From NCBI RefSeq assembly GCF_009914755.1, contig NC_060927.1: a stretch of DNA of 64,000 nt. One strand, 5' to 3'. The DNA is from the human T2T-CHM13v2.0 reference genome, Homo sapiens. The notes under the pieces were generated by a model. That model was not told the DNA's origin, did no database searches, and saw nothing but the letters and a program-made list of their open reading frames with translations. Of the stretch, positions 25,900 to 38,708 are shown piece after piece; positions within the stretch are counted from its first letter, which is position 1, and each line of letters starts with the position of its first letter. The position numbers and the translations under genes are program-made.

Positions 25900-26900
25900 G
25901 CTGCGGGCATTCCTTGGCTCAGTGGCCAGCTTTCCGGCACGTGTAGCAAGCTCTTGGGGGAGGAGGTTCTGGAGGAACGCCTGGCTGCTGCGGATCAGGC
26001 GTTTGGAAGTTCTTGTGTGCTGGAGATGTGGCTGGGGTTTGTCTCACAGTGGAGGCCAGGAATTGCAACTTTTTTCTGTTATTGTACACCTTGAAGGTGA
26101 GGTTAATTAAGTCCTGTTGTGGGGTTTGAGGGCCAGATTCCAATTTTTGGAGTTTTATTTAATGTCAGGAGCAGATTGGGTAATAAAATGTATATTGAGA
26201 ATAAGACGGCCTTTTGACCTTTTAGGGTCTAGGGCTGTAAAGCGTCTCAGGCTTGCTGCCAAACGAGCCATGAACTGGGCTGGATTTTTATATTTGATGA
26301 AAAAGAGCCTAAACGCTTCTGATTTGGGATAAAGAAAAAGGAGCATTAACCTTGACTATGCCTTTGGCTCCAGCCACCTTTTTAAGAGGAAATTGCTGGG
26401 CAGGTGGAGGAGGGCTAGTCACGGAACGAAACTGTAAGTCGGACCAGGTGTGAGGAGGGGAGGTGATAAAAAGATTATAGGGTGGAGGAGCAGAGGCTGA
26501 GGAAGAATTGGGACCTAGCTTCGCCTGGCGAGGAGCAGCCTGGGGAGGAAGGGAGAGGTCAGATGGGTCTGTAGAAAAGGAAGATTAGAAAGACTCAGCG
26601 ACGCTTGGCGTTGGTACTGAGGGGACAGGCAGGAGGGAAAGAAGGAAGATTTGGGACGAGTCGCACTGGGCACAGAGACTAGGAAGGGACTGATGTGTAA
26701 AAGAATGCCTGGACGTCAGGCACCTCAGACTGTTTGCCTATTTTATGACAAGAATTATTTAGATTTTGCAGGATGGAAAAATTCAAAGTGTCATTTTCTG
26801 GCTATTTGGAACTACTGTCAAGTTTGTATTGGGGTCAAGCGGCATTGCAGAAGAAAATCAGGCATTTAGGTTTTAGGTCAGGTGTGAGTTGAAGAGGTTT
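25900..26900 (-). pseudogene. gag: HERV-H gag remnant
   Basis: KNPAQFMARLAASLRRFTALDP, HFITQSAPDIK, zinc knuckle CYTCRKAGH; broken into short ORFs. Confidence 0.88.
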
Positions 26901-27049
26901 TAAATTTTTGAGAACACAGGCCAAGGGAGTAGAAGGAGGAATGGAGGGTGGAAGTTTGCTCATAGTGAAAGAAGCAAGCCTAGAGAAAAGAGAGAGTAGA
27001 GAAATGGAGAGAAGGGGTTCGGGGGTTCTTACCTTCCAGAAAAGTGGGA

Positions 27050-27316
27050 AAAGGGGTTGGGGCACAGAGATAAGAGGTCAGGGTGTGGAAATAAGGGATT
27101 GGGGCACAGAGATATAAGAGGTTGGGGAGCGGAAATAAGGGATTGGGGTGCAGAGATACGAGGTTGGGGCATGGAAATAAGAGATTGGGACACAGAGATA
27201 AGAGGTCGGGTTGCGGAAATAACGGATTGGGGCACAGAGATAAGAGGTTGGGGTGTGGAAATAAGTGATTGGGGCACAGAGATAAGAGGTTGGGGCGCAG
27301 AAACAAGGGATTGGGG
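27050..27316. repeat. ~20-bp degenerate tandem repeats in the HERV-H leader
   Basis: Alternating GGTTGGGGCACAGAGATAAGA / GGATTGGGG..GGAAATAAG units; these produce the low-complexity ORFs at 26980-27571. Confidence 0.9.
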
Positions 27317-27890
27317 GTTCTTGCCCCATAGAAAAGCGGGACTTGCCGCTAAGGGTGAAGGAGAAGGGGTTGAGGGGTACTTGCCCCTCTCCCAGAAAAG
27401 CAGAGAAGGAGGAGAGACAAAGAGAAGGGGTTGAGGTACTTGCCCCTTCCCCAGAAAAGCGGGACTTGCCGCTAAGGGTGAAGGACCAAGGCAGGCGTCC
27501 CTGCATGGTCTGACACCCTTGAAACGCGGGTGTATAATCAGAGAGGCATCCCTGCAATGATTAAACACCAAGGGAAGGCTGCCTTCCCAGTCCGTGACCG
27601 GCGCCGGAGTTTTGGGTCCACAGATAAAATGTGTCTCCTTTGTCTCTCCCAGAAAATGAAAGGAATTGAAATTAAGAGAAGGGAGAGATTGAAGAGTGGA
27701 AAGGAGAAAGTGGTTGAGGGACAGTGAGAGAGGTTGGAGAAGAGAGTAAGAAGAGGCCGCTTACCCAATTTAAAATTGGTGAGATGTTCCTTACGCTGGT
27801 GGGTCTGAGGACCCGAGGTCATAGGTGGGTCTTTTTCACGGAGCAAAGAGCAGGAGGACAGGGGATTGATCTCCCAAGGGAGGTCCCCCG

Positions 27891-27908
27891 ATCTGAGTCA
27901 TGGCACCA
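27891..27908 (-). other. Primer-binding site, tRNA-His
   Basis: Minus strand TGGTGCCATGACTCAGAT just after the 5' LTR; two CpG-type mismatches to TGGTGCCGTGACTCGGAT. Confidence 0.92.
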
Positions 27909-27910
27909 AA

Positions 27911-28345
27911 TTTCATACGTATCCGTGTGAAAAGACCACCAAACAGGCTTTGTGTGAGCAACATGGCTGTTTATTTCACCTGGGAGCAGGCGGGCTGAGT
28001 CCGAAAAGAGAGTCAGCGAAGGGGAGATAGGGGTGGGGCCGTTTTATAGGATTTGGGAAGGTAATGGAAAATTACAGTCAAAGGGGGTTGTTTTCTGGTG
28101 GGCAGGGGTGGGGGTCACAAGGTGCTCAGTGGGGGAGCTTCTGAGTCAGGAGAAGGAAATTCACAGGGTTAATCACTCAGTTAAGGTGGGGCAGGAACAA
28201 ATCACAATGGTGGAATGTCATCAGTTAAGGCGGGGCAGGGCCTTTTCACTTCTTTTGTGATTCTTCCGTTACTTCAGGCCATCTGGGCTTATACATGCAA
28301 GTCACAGGTGATGCGATGGCTTGGCTTGGGCTCAGAGGCCTGACA
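27911..28345 (-). promoter_or_regulatory. 5' LTR7 of HERV-H (potential promoter/enhancer firing leftward)
   Basis: Near-identical to the 3' LTR; minus-strand TATAAAA at 28042-28048 and GC/GT boxes (GGGGCGG/GGGGTGG-type). Confidence 0.9.
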
Positions 28346-28460
28346 ATATACATATAACCTACACAATTTCCCCTGCACAATTTAAATCAACCCTAAATTA
28401 CTTAAAATACATAATGTAATATAAATTCTATGTAAGTAGTTGTTATATTCTATTACATTA
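28346..28460 (+). mobile_element. MER2 right part
   Basis: CATATAACCTACACA..TTTAAATCAACCCTAAATTACTT..TATGTAAGTAGTTGTTATA continues the MER2 broken at 22495. Confidence 0.85.
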
Positions 28461-29070
28461 CAACAAAATATTTTTGCTATATTTTGCAAAAAAAATCAAT
28501 TTCATAATTTTAGGGATAAATTTTAAGAAAATTTTAGCCTAAATAATTAATTAAATAAATGTATAAATGTAATGTCATAAGTTACATTTTACATAGCTTG
28601 TTCCTGGATGGAACATATACAAAATGTCAATTTACGTGCTCCCTTTTTCTATTAAAATTCTGCGGGCAAATTTTGTTTTTCTAGTGTCATTTCATTCACT
28701 AAGCCTGAAGAAAGTATTTCACCTGTGCCTAAGCACTATCTTAGACCTGATGTACTTTCGTTGTGGGCCTGTTTCTCCCACATTTTCACTATTGTACAGG
28801 ATTAGCTCATGTTAGAGAATTCCTTATATAACATCTAACATTTAAAACAATCTTATCTTGAATATTCTTCAGTATTCCTCATGTAGGAGACCCATTGAAA
28901 GGGATTGCAATTTACATTTTGTTAACACCAAGTTTCATTTGCATTTCTACTCCTTAGCCCAATTTTTCTTGCTATATTCACTCTACCTAGCATCTCCACA
29001 TATACTGTCTTATATCCTACAATTGTCAGTAAACATTGACCAACTGATATCGTACTACTATGAAAAGAAT

Positions 29071-29439
29071 TGTATTAGCCCATTCTCACGCTGCTATTCA
29101 TAATAAAGACATACCCAAGACTGAATAATTTATAAAGGAAAGAGGTGTAATTGACTCACAGCTCAACATGGCTGGAGAGGCCTCAGGAAACTTACAATCA
29201 CAGGGGAAGAGAAAGCAAACATGTCCTTCTTCACATGGTAGCAGTAAGGAGAAGTGTGGAGCAAAAGGGGGAAAACCATCGTAGCTCATGAGAACTCACT
29301 CACTATCATGAGAACAGCATGAGGGTAACCACTCCCATGATTAAATTAACTCCCACCAGGTCCCTCTCATGACACATGAGAATTATGGAAACTACAGTTC
29401 AAGATGAAATTTGGGTAGGAACACAGCCAAACCATATCA
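29071..29439 (-). mobile_element. THE1 (THE1C/D-like) MaLR solo LTR
   Basis: TGTATTAGCCCATTCTCACGCTGCT..AAAGACATACCCAAGACTG..GATGAAATTTGGGTAGGAACACAGCCAAACCATATCA; TSD AGAAT/AGAGT. Confidence 0.92.
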
Positions 29440-31073
29440 AGAGTCTAAAAGTTGCTCAATTTATGATAAATTATTAATATAGTCCTGAAGTTAGCCTCAT
29501 GAGTAAAACTACACACTGACCACTGCAAAGGAAAATAATTTGAACAACTTAGTCCTAAGTAAATAGAAGTAAGTAGGATACAGTTTGTATTAAAATGATT
29601 TTATGATTATATCACTACTGGTTAAAAATTAATGCAGGGTCTTATACAATTTCAAAGTTTCAAATTACTCTACAGGTTATATATTTTAGGAGCTTAAGGG
29701 CTGAACATTGTTAAATGAAATATACATGACTTCAAAAAAATGTAAGAATACAATTGCTTCTTTGCAGCCTCTTTTCCTAATCTCTGAGTATATTTCTTTT
29801 CCTTAAAAGGTCTTATTTAAAGAAATCGGTTCAAAATACAATAGAACTTAAAACATATCTTAAAGATCAAATAATTCTTCCAGTTATTTTATAGATGACA
29901 AAAATGATGCCCAGCTAGCTCCAAATCAAGGGTTAAACCTATCTTCTAACTTTGTCTATGGCATTTTTTTTTTCCATTTTATTATCCTGTTTTCTTTGTC
30001 TTTGGTGACAATATGTTAATTGATTCTTTTTAAGTATTTATGACTGAAAACTATCTTGAAAACAGGAGCTTAATTGGTAGTACCACAAATAAATTCTTGG
30101 GCAATATTTTATGAAATAGCAACCATGATTATATGTGACCTTAACTTCCACAGACTTTTGCCCTTTTCCCAAAGTCATATTCAGATTCCATGTCCACATA
30201 TTAATTAAAGTGGATTTTACATAAACCTTGCTGGTTGTTGCAGGTTTCTTCTTGTTTCCCCGACTTTGATATGCTTATTTTACATAATGTTATCTAACGC
30301 CACTAGTAAGAAAATGAAAAAAGATAAAAAGTAAATAAATCTCCTCGAAGAACTAGGGAGATTCTTTGTAGAAAGGCAGCTTGCTTTCTTCTGAGTAAGA
30401 CTGGGAGGAAACAGAACCTGATAAAGCTTACATTAAATGAGGTACAGACAATGATTCTCAGCTGTGACTGGGCAAGAGGGCAATGTAGAAAATAGGAATT
30501 TGTCGCTAGACAAACTAATCGCTAAACCCCAAGGCTCTTACTTTGTGTAGGATAGGCTAAAAGAGATTTGAAGAAGATAACAGCCTGGCATTGTGATACA
30601 TGTGTTATAAATAGAAGGATAATTATGGGAGAGAGAAAACTCCTGAACCAATAGAACAATGCAAAAGACCACACTGTGAAAAATCAGTGATTGATATCTT
30701 TGGTTTAATTTGAAGTAAAATAAAACCTCAGAATATTAGATGAGGGAGAGGGATTTTGTTTAAAGAGCCAAAGACTGTACTTTATAATGCTTTTGATTAA
30801 AACTATTTGCCATCAGTTGAAGAAGGGTAGTGGCAATGGGAAAGCTGACAGATTGTCAAAGATTGTATTTTCTCATTAAAGGATGTTCGCCAAACGTACT
30901 GCGGAGTAACCTGGGAGATATTATCTTTGGCAAAAGCACCAATTATTTGAGGATTGTGCAGTTACTGGTTTAGATTTTCTTTTTAAAGAGGGGAGAAATA
31001 TAAAGATGAGAGTAACATAAAGATGAGAGTAATTCATAGTTTATTTTGGGGATCTGGGGTTATTATCATGATT

Positions 31074-31642
31074 TGTGGTGAACGGGTTTTAAGGGGGCCT
31101 GCATAATATTCTCCTCTTCATGTTTACATGCTTGTACAGTACCCTCACCTTTAGTGTGAGTGAAATCTGTGAAATGCTTCTAATCAATAAAATACTACAG
31201 AGATGATAAAATGTGGATCTTTTAAGCACATTACATTATAGAAGATTTCATCTTGGAAGACTTACTGAATCCCCTTCTGGTTCTGAAGAGGCCATGTTGT
31301 AAGAGGGCCTATAGAGAGGTTCACATGGCAAGTAAATGTGTATGGTCTCTAGAAACTAAGATGACCTATGCCTGGTAGCCAGCAAGAAACCAGGGACTTC
31401 AGTAATACTACCATAAGAAAATGAACTCAGTCATCAATCTTAGTGAGCTTGGAAGTAGACCCATTGCCAGTCAAACCTCCTGGTGAGAGTAAGCCCTGGC
31501 CAGTATCTTGATTCCAGTCTTGCAGAGGACCCAGTTAAGCTATCCCTAGACTCCTAGTTCAGCCAAACTGTGAGATAAAGATGTGTGTTATTTTAAGATG
31601 CTAACTGTGGGGTAAATTGTTACTTAGCATAAAATTTAGTAT
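31074..31642 (+). mobile_element. MLT1 (F/G-like) MaLR LTR
   Basis: GCCAGCAAGAAACCAGGGACTTCAG..GAGCTTGGAAGTAGA..AACTGTGAGATAAAGATGTGTGTTATTTTAAGATGCTAA. Confidence 0.82.
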
Positions 31643-31899
31643 ATTGTAAAAGAACAATGGGAGAGAATGGACAGTTTCTTAGGTCTGCAAAATGGGAATT
31701 ATTACAAATTGAACTATGCTAAGTGTATGCTTATTAATAATTCTGCAAAGTGATCTTAAAAGATAAATTATTTGTATTTTATTAATAAGTATACTGATAC
31801 ATAGAGATATTAATAAGCTTACCTAACTCATCTAAAATTAATAAAGGACTGCCAAATAATATTTATCCTATCAGTGCCATGTCCTGCCTAATGTTTTCA

Positions 31900-32244
31900 C
31901 AGCATGGACCTTTATAACTGGAATACCCATTCTTCCACTCATAGCCACCACTGCCCCAGGCCAGTTCCCATAACACCATGATCCAGGCCATTCTCTGAAG
32001 ATTCAGGCTTCAGGTCAGCCATAGCCTTAGACCAGCCCCAACAGACCTAGTCTCCAGAGTGGCCCCTGGGTACGCAGGCTCCAGGTCTTCCCTCGTGCCA
32101 GGCCAGCTCAAGGCTCACTCTAGTCTGGCCTTTGTGGTCCTATGCTCCAATCCCACCTAAGTGCCAGAATGGACCCCAGAGACCCAGCCTCCAAACCTGC
32201 TCCAGCTCTAGGCTGGCCCTCAGGGACCCAGGCTCTAAACCAGC
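31900..32244 (+). mobile_element. Probable old L1 5' UTR (C-rich CCAGG repeats)
   Basis: Repeated CCCAGGCTCCAGG/ACCCAG motifs typical of L1M 5' UTRs; an L1 in the same orientation resumes at ~33612. Confidence 0.5.
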
Positions 32245-32823
32245 TATATTAGGGTTCTGCAGAGGGACAGAACTAATAGGATATATGTGTACATCAAAGG
32301 GAGTTCATTAAGGAGAATTGGCTCACAGGATCACAAGGTGAAGTCCCATCATAGGTCACCTGCAAGCTGAGAAAGGAAGAAGCTAGTAGTGGCGCAGTCT
32401 GAGTCCAAAAGCCTCAAAAGCAGAGAAGCTGACAGCACAGCCTGAGGTCTGTGGCCAAAGTCCAAAAAGCCCCCAGCAAAACACTGATGTAAGTCCAAGA
32501 GTCCAAAGGATGAAGAATCTGGATTCTGATGTCCAAGGGCAGGATGAATGGATGGAAGTATCCAGCACAGAAGACAAATGAAAGCCAGAAGACTCAACAA
32601 GCCAGTTTATCCCAAATTCTTCCACCTGCTTTGTTCTAGCCATGCTGACAGCAGATTGGATGGTGTCCATTCACATTGAGGATGGGTCTTCCTCCCCCAG
32701 TCCACTGATTCAAATATTAACCTCATTTGGAAACACCTTCAGTCACACCCAGAAACAATACTTTACCAGCTATCTAGACATCCTTCAATCCAATCAAGCT
32801 GAAATCTACTATTAACCATCACA
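32245..32823 (-). mobile_element. MLT2A-type LTR (3' LTR of HERV-L)
   Basis: TATATTAGGGTTCTGCAGAGGGACAGAACTAATAGGATATATG...ACTATTAACCATCACA, followed directly by internal sequence AGTCCACCCCT. Confidence 0.9.
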
Positions 32824-33611
32824 AGTCCACCCCTAGTCAACTTGAACCCATACACATCGCCTGAAATCATACTTAATCTCCAAATGAAGACAATAGTAAG
32901 GTCATAATTATACCTAACATAATACAATTATCCTTCATACAACCGGAAGCTGAGTAATTATTAACCTAAACCCTATTATTACACAAAGTTAACAACACTT
33001 AAGTGCTTACATGAAGTCAATAAATCTTATGTCACACAATAAAGGAAAAAGAAAAGAAATAAAATGATGATATTTTCTTAGTTCAAGTGCATACATGCAC
33101 AAACATATTCTTAACAAAATAAAGAGGAAATATTCATGATAATTACAGTCCTCACTTCTGGAAGATCACATGGTCCTAGCTGGCATTGATAACTACCTTC
33201 TTCTATTACCCATTCTGTATTCCTTTGGCCTTCAGCAAGCACTTTGGCTAGTCAAAGATTTTCACCTGGTGGAGTGACCCAAACCTTCATTCCTGAAGGG
33301 TCTGGGACATTTGTAGTTTTGCCTGGATTGAGTTGTAGTTTCCCATTGACCTTAATCACAGGGCATGGTAACACTAAGAGATGCCCTAAGGGATCGCCTG
33401 TATTCAACACGTACTCCTCCTTACCTTTGTTGTGGAGTGGTAGACTGATTTCATCTTGATAATCTGGGTAAATCACCCCAGCCAACACTGTAACTCCCTT
33501 CTTAGCCTGTTGACTTAGAGGCAGCAGGAGCCCAAAGTGGCCAGGTGGCAATCTTAACTTCCAGCTTAATGGAATCATTGTGTGTCCTGGTGGCAGTATT
33601 TCTCTCTCTGA
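32824..33611 (-). mobile_element. HERV-L internal 3' segment with dUTPase remnant
   Basis: ORF 33252-33695: MIPLSWKLRLPPGHFGLLLPLSQQAKKGVTVLAGVIYPDYQDEI.. (dUTPase GVIDxDY-type motif). Confidence 0.9.
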
Positions 33612-33635
33612 ACATTGTCTCTGTTTGCAGATGAC

Positions 33636-33675
<40 letters not shown>

Positions 33676-35160
33676 CTAAAAAACACCACTGACATTTGTT
33701 AAAAATGATAATTTAGTAAAATTGCAGGATAAAAAATCAACATGCAAAAGTCAGCTGCATTTCTATACACGAATGATGAATTATCTGAAGAAGAAATCAA
33801 TAAAACAATCCCATTTACAATAGCTATAAAGATGGAATAAGATACTTAAGATAAATTTAACCAATGAATTGAAGGATCTATACACTGACAACTAAAAGAC
33901 AATGATGAAAGAAATTAAAGAAGACAAAAATACATGAAAAAAAATCCAGTTTTCATGGATTAGAAGAATTAATAATGTTAAAATGTCAATGACCAAAGTA
34001 ATCTACAGATTCAATGCAATCTCTTTCAAAATTCCAATATCATTTTTTACTAAAATAGCAAAAACAATCCTGAAATTCATATGGAACTATAAAAGACCTC
34101 AAGTAGTCAAAGCTGGAGGCCTCACACTACCTGATTTCAAAATATACGACAAAATGAAAGCACTCAAGACATTATGGTAGTGGCATTACAACAGACAGGT
34201 AGTCCAATGGAACAGAAGACAGTCCATGCATTTATAATCAATCGATTTTATACAAAAGTGCCAAGAACACACAATGGAAAAATGACATTTTCTTCAATAA
34301 ATGTTGTAGGAAAAACTAGATATCCACATACAAATGAATAAAATTGAACTCTCATGTCACACCACATACAAAAATGAACCCAAAATGAATTAAATACTTA
34401 CACGAGATGTGAAATTACAACAGAAAAAAAAAGTGGAAAAAAGCTTCTTGACATTTGTCTGGACAATGATATTTTCTACATGTAACCACTAATACACAGG
34501 CAGAAAAATTCCCAAAATAGACAAATGGAATTACGTCAAGCTAAAAAGCTCCTGAACAGCAAAGGAAACAATCAACAGACTGAAGAGACAATTTTTGGAA
34601 TGGGAAATAATACTTGCAATACATATACCTAAGAAGAGGTAATAGCCAAAATTTATAAGGAGTTCAAACATTTCAATAGCAAAAAAATAAATAAATAATA
34701 TTATTTATAAATGGACAAAAGCTGGATGGCAGCATCTCATGCCTGTAGTCCCAGTGCTTTGGCAGGCCAAAGCAGGAGGATCACTTGAGGCCAGGAGTCC
34801 AAGACCACCTGGGGCAACATACTAAGACTCCTGTCTCTATAAAAAAATGAAAACAAAAAACAAATTAGCTGACATGGTGGTGCACACCTACAGTCCTAGC
34901 TATTTGGGAAGCAAAGGCAGGAGGATTGTTTGAGCCTAGCTCAATGTTACAGTAATCTATGAACACATATAAATGGCCAATAAGTATATGAGAAACCACT
35001 CATTCACATCACTAATTATTAGGGAAATGCGAATTAAAACCAGAATGAGATGTGTCACCTCACTTCTGTTACAATAGGCATTATCAAAAAGATACACTAT
35101 AACTGTTGGCAAGGATGAAGAGAAAAGAAAATTCTGTATTCTATTGGCAGGAATATAAAA
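33612..35160 (+). mobile_element. L1MA-like ORF2 3' part (Alu inserted)
   Basis: TTGTCTCTGTTTGCAGATGACA; [38 protein letters not shown]; (TA)n at ~33645-33672. Confidence 0.88.
34721..34955 (+). mobile_element. AluJ, 3'-truncated
   Basis: TCATGCCTGTAGTCCCAGTGCTTTGG..GGATCACTTGAGGCCAGGAG.. Confidence 0.85.
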
Positions 35161-35442
35161 AAGATAAAAAATGTACTGAAAAGGATTATAATCCTGTGGG
35201 ATAAGGCAGGTGAAAGGGTCACCAAACTTTAATCCAATCTGAAGAACACATATTTTCAAAATTTAAAAATAAACAAAATCTCAATGAGCTACGGAAAAAT
35301 ATCTAACAGTCTATCTGACACACTTAACATCGAAAGTTGCAAGAAGAGAAGCATAAAAACTGGACAAAACAAAAAGACCAAATAAAATAAACAGTGAAAG
35401 ACCAAATATTTTTATTACAATTTGTTGAAACATGATAAAAGG

Positions 35443-35765
35443 GGCCCAGTGCAGTGACTCACACCTGTAATTCCAGCACTTTGGCAGGCAGATCACTTGA
35501 GGTAGGAGTTCTAGACCAGCCTGGCCAACATGGTGAAACCCCATCTCTACTACAAATACAAAAAATAAAAATACAAATAAAACAAAAAAATTAGCCCGGC
35601 ATGGTGGCCCACTCCTGTAGTCCTAGCTACTCGGGAGGCTGAGGAATGAGAATTGCTTGAACCCAGGAACCAGAGGTTGCAGTGAGCCGAGATTGCATCA
35701 CTGCACTCCAACTTAAGGGACAGAGTGAGACTGTGTCTTAAAGAAAGAAACATGAAAAATAATAA
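35443..35765 (+). mobile_element. AluS
   Basis: GGCCCAGTGCAGTGACTCACACCTGTAATTCCAGCAC..GAGGTTGCAGTGAGCCGAGATTGC. Confidence 0.93.
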
Positions 35766-37443
35766 AAGGTACAGATTCAAGAAACTCAATGAATCTCAAA
35801 CTGCCAAATACATAGATTTCACAATGAGGCACAAGTAGTTGTATTACTAAAATAGTCAATTACTGAACATGAAAAAAATGGAGGGGATCTTGAAAATAAC
35901 TAGACAGAAAATTATGATAATATAAACTACAAGGAACTTCTATTGGGAACAAGGATGGCCAGAACATAATGAAATTACATCTTTAAAAGGCTAAGAGAAA
36001 AAATAGAAACTGTCAACTCAGAACTTTATACTTAAAAAAAATCTTTTGCCAAAAATTCTTCTACAATTAGCATTGAAGGATGTTCTTTGTTCTGTCAAAA
36101 TTGACAACATATTGAAAATAGTATCTACAAGAAGACATTGGTGACACTGAAATAGTAAATATGTAGGTGAATACAGAAGATGATAAATTGATTCTGTTAA
36201 TTCTGTTGAAAGACTGATGACAACATAAAGCAAACATTATAACAATGTATTATTATATTAATGCCAAAAGCACAGACTTTAAGGGAGTTGAATTGAAATA
36301 AAAAGTTATATGTTTGTTATATCTTGCATAATACACAAAATATTTTCTAAATAGGCTATGATAGAGACTCACAATATAAGACGTCAGAAACAAAATAATA
36401 AGATAAAATGAAAAAAGATATACCTAAAAGGCTAAGTGATTCATACAAAACAATACAAAAGTCAAATAATTTTAAAGAGAAAGTAAAGAAAAAAGTTTTT
36501 TTAAAAAATCAATCAAAATAGATGAGAAATAGAAGATTTCTAATAACATGATAGAGTTAAGTTTAATCATTTTGAAATTGCATAAACTGTAATCAATGAA
36601 CACTAACACTTAAGAACAAAGATATTCAAACTGAGTTTTTTTAAAAAATGAACAAATTAAAGGCCTGTAAGACATGCATTTTAAATAAAAGTTAAAATAG
36701 ATTAAAAGGATGATGAAGTAGATTTCATAATAGCAAAAGTATATGAAAATGAAAGTGGCTATATTAATATCAGGCAAAACAGCTTTTAGGTCAAGAAGAA
36801 TTACTGACACGAAATACTGACAATGAGGTATCTTACTTACGATTAAAGTCTAAATTCATCAAAAAGACATAATCATAAATGTGTATATAACCAATAATAA
36901 AGTTGCAAAAGATATGATGCATTTAATTCTGTTAAAGGAGAAAAAGACAAATCAACGATGATAGTTGGATTATTAAATACTTTTCTCTACAAAGTTGATA
37001 GCTACTAAAGAAAAAAGAAAAGATATAAAAAAATGGACAACGTCAATCTCCTTGACGAAGTTGACATTTAGAACATTAAAGTCACTAAGAATAACCATTT
37101 TTTCCAGTATATATGGAATATACACCAAAAAAGACCTTATCCTGGACCATAGATACATTTTAACAAATTCCCAAAGATTTATATTTTCAGAGACTGTTTT
37201 CTGAATAATAATAATAAATTAGAAGTAAAAAAAATTGGAAAATTCCTAATTATTTGGAACTTAAACATCATGTTTGTAAATATCCCTGAGTGAAAATAGG
37301 TCTAACAAAAAATCTACTAAAATAAGTCTAATAAATAAATTTAGAACATATTTTGAATTAACTGATAATGAGAATATACCAGTGATAATTTGAGATGAAA
37401 CCAAAGCAGTTCTTAGAAAAAAATTAATAACTTTAAAAATCCT

Positions 37444-37769
37444 GGCAAGTCAGAGTGGCTCATGCCTGTAATCCCAATGCTTTAGGAGGCTGAGATGGGA
37501 GGATTGCTTGAGCCCAGGAGTTTGAGACCAGCCTGGGCAATATGGTGAGACCCTGTCTTTATGAAAAATTTAAAAAATTAAAAAATTGCCCAGACATGGT
37601 GGTGCACAACTGTAGTCCATGCTACTCAGGAGGCTGAGGTGGGAAGATCTCTTGAGCTCAGGAGGTAGAGAATACAATGAGCCATCATTGTGCCACTGTA
37701 CTCCAGCCTGGATGACAGAGTGAGACCATGTCTCAAAACAAAAACAAAAACAAAAAAAACAAAATAAAA
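37444..37769 (+). mobile_element. AluJ
   Basis: GTGGCTCATGCCTGTAATCCCAATGC..GGATTGCTTGAGCCCAGGAGTTTGAG; (CAAAAA)n tail. Confidence 0.93.
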
Positions 37770-38430
37770 ATCCTTAGAGAAAACAAACTTAAAAATTAGT
37801 GATCTGATTTTCCACCACGTGAATCTAGAAAAATGTCAAAATAAGCTTGAAAAAATAGAAAGGATATAATGCAATAAAAGCAGAAATTAATGAAAAAGAA
37901 AACAAAAAATATAAAAAATCATCAAAGTTCTACATTTCCCTTATCAGAGATTTATAAACCAATGATACCCTACTTAGATGATCAACAAAAAAGGAATAAA
38001 GAACACACATTAATATTAGGAATAAAAGATGGAACATTCAACAGATATTAAAAGGATAAAAGGAAAATGTCAAATAATTTTATGACAATAAGTTCAGCAA
38101 ATTAGATAAAATGAAGAATTTCTTTGGGGAACAACTCACTAAAACTTATATTAAAAGTAGTAGTATATCTTAATAGCCCTACATTTATTAAATAATTAAT
38201 TGTTAAAAAGTTCACCAAAGAGAAAATTCAAGACCCAGATGATTTTGCTGGTGAATTTCATCCTATATTTAAATACAAAATTTTATAATTCTTACACAAA
38301 ATAGATGAGGAGGAGATAGATTTCACTTATTTTATGAGACACCAACAGCTAACAAGTACATTATAAGAATGTCCTGAATCATACTCTTAATGATTAGAGA
38401 CACAACATCATTTTAAAACTAGTTAATAAA

Positions 38431-38708
38431 GGCTGGGCTCATGCCTGTAATCCTAGCACTTTGCAAGGCTGAGGTAGAAGGATCACTTGAGCGCAGAAGT
38501 TCGGGATCAGCCTGAGTGAAACAGTGAGACCCTGTCTCTACAAAAAATGTAAAAGCCAGATGTGCTGGCATGTGCCTATAGTCCCAACTACCAGGGAGAC
38601 TGAGAGGGGAGGATTGCTTGGGCCAAGGAGGTCGAGCCTGCAGCGAGCTGTGATCACACCACAGCACTTCAAACTGGGCAATAGAAAGAGATCCTGCCTA
38701 AAAAAAAA
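38431..38708 (+). mobile_element. AluJ
   Basis: GGCTGGGCTCATGCCTGTAATCCTAGCAC..GGATTGCTTGGGCCAAGGAGGTCGAG. Confidence 0.9.

Larger units (their letters stand above)
22496..28345 (-). mobile_element. HERV-H provirus (5.85 kb, common env-deleted form) with two LTR7
   Basis: Paired ~434-bp LTRs, tRNA-His PBS, gag/pro/pol remnants, 5-bp TSD ATGTA (22491-22495) / ATATA (28346-28350). Confidence 0.97.

Noticed and set aside
26980-27571. Several 100-180 aa repetitive ORFs and a CRISPR-like periodic array
   Set aside because: Ordinary HERV-H leader tandem repeats with no unique spacers; the context is eukaryotic.
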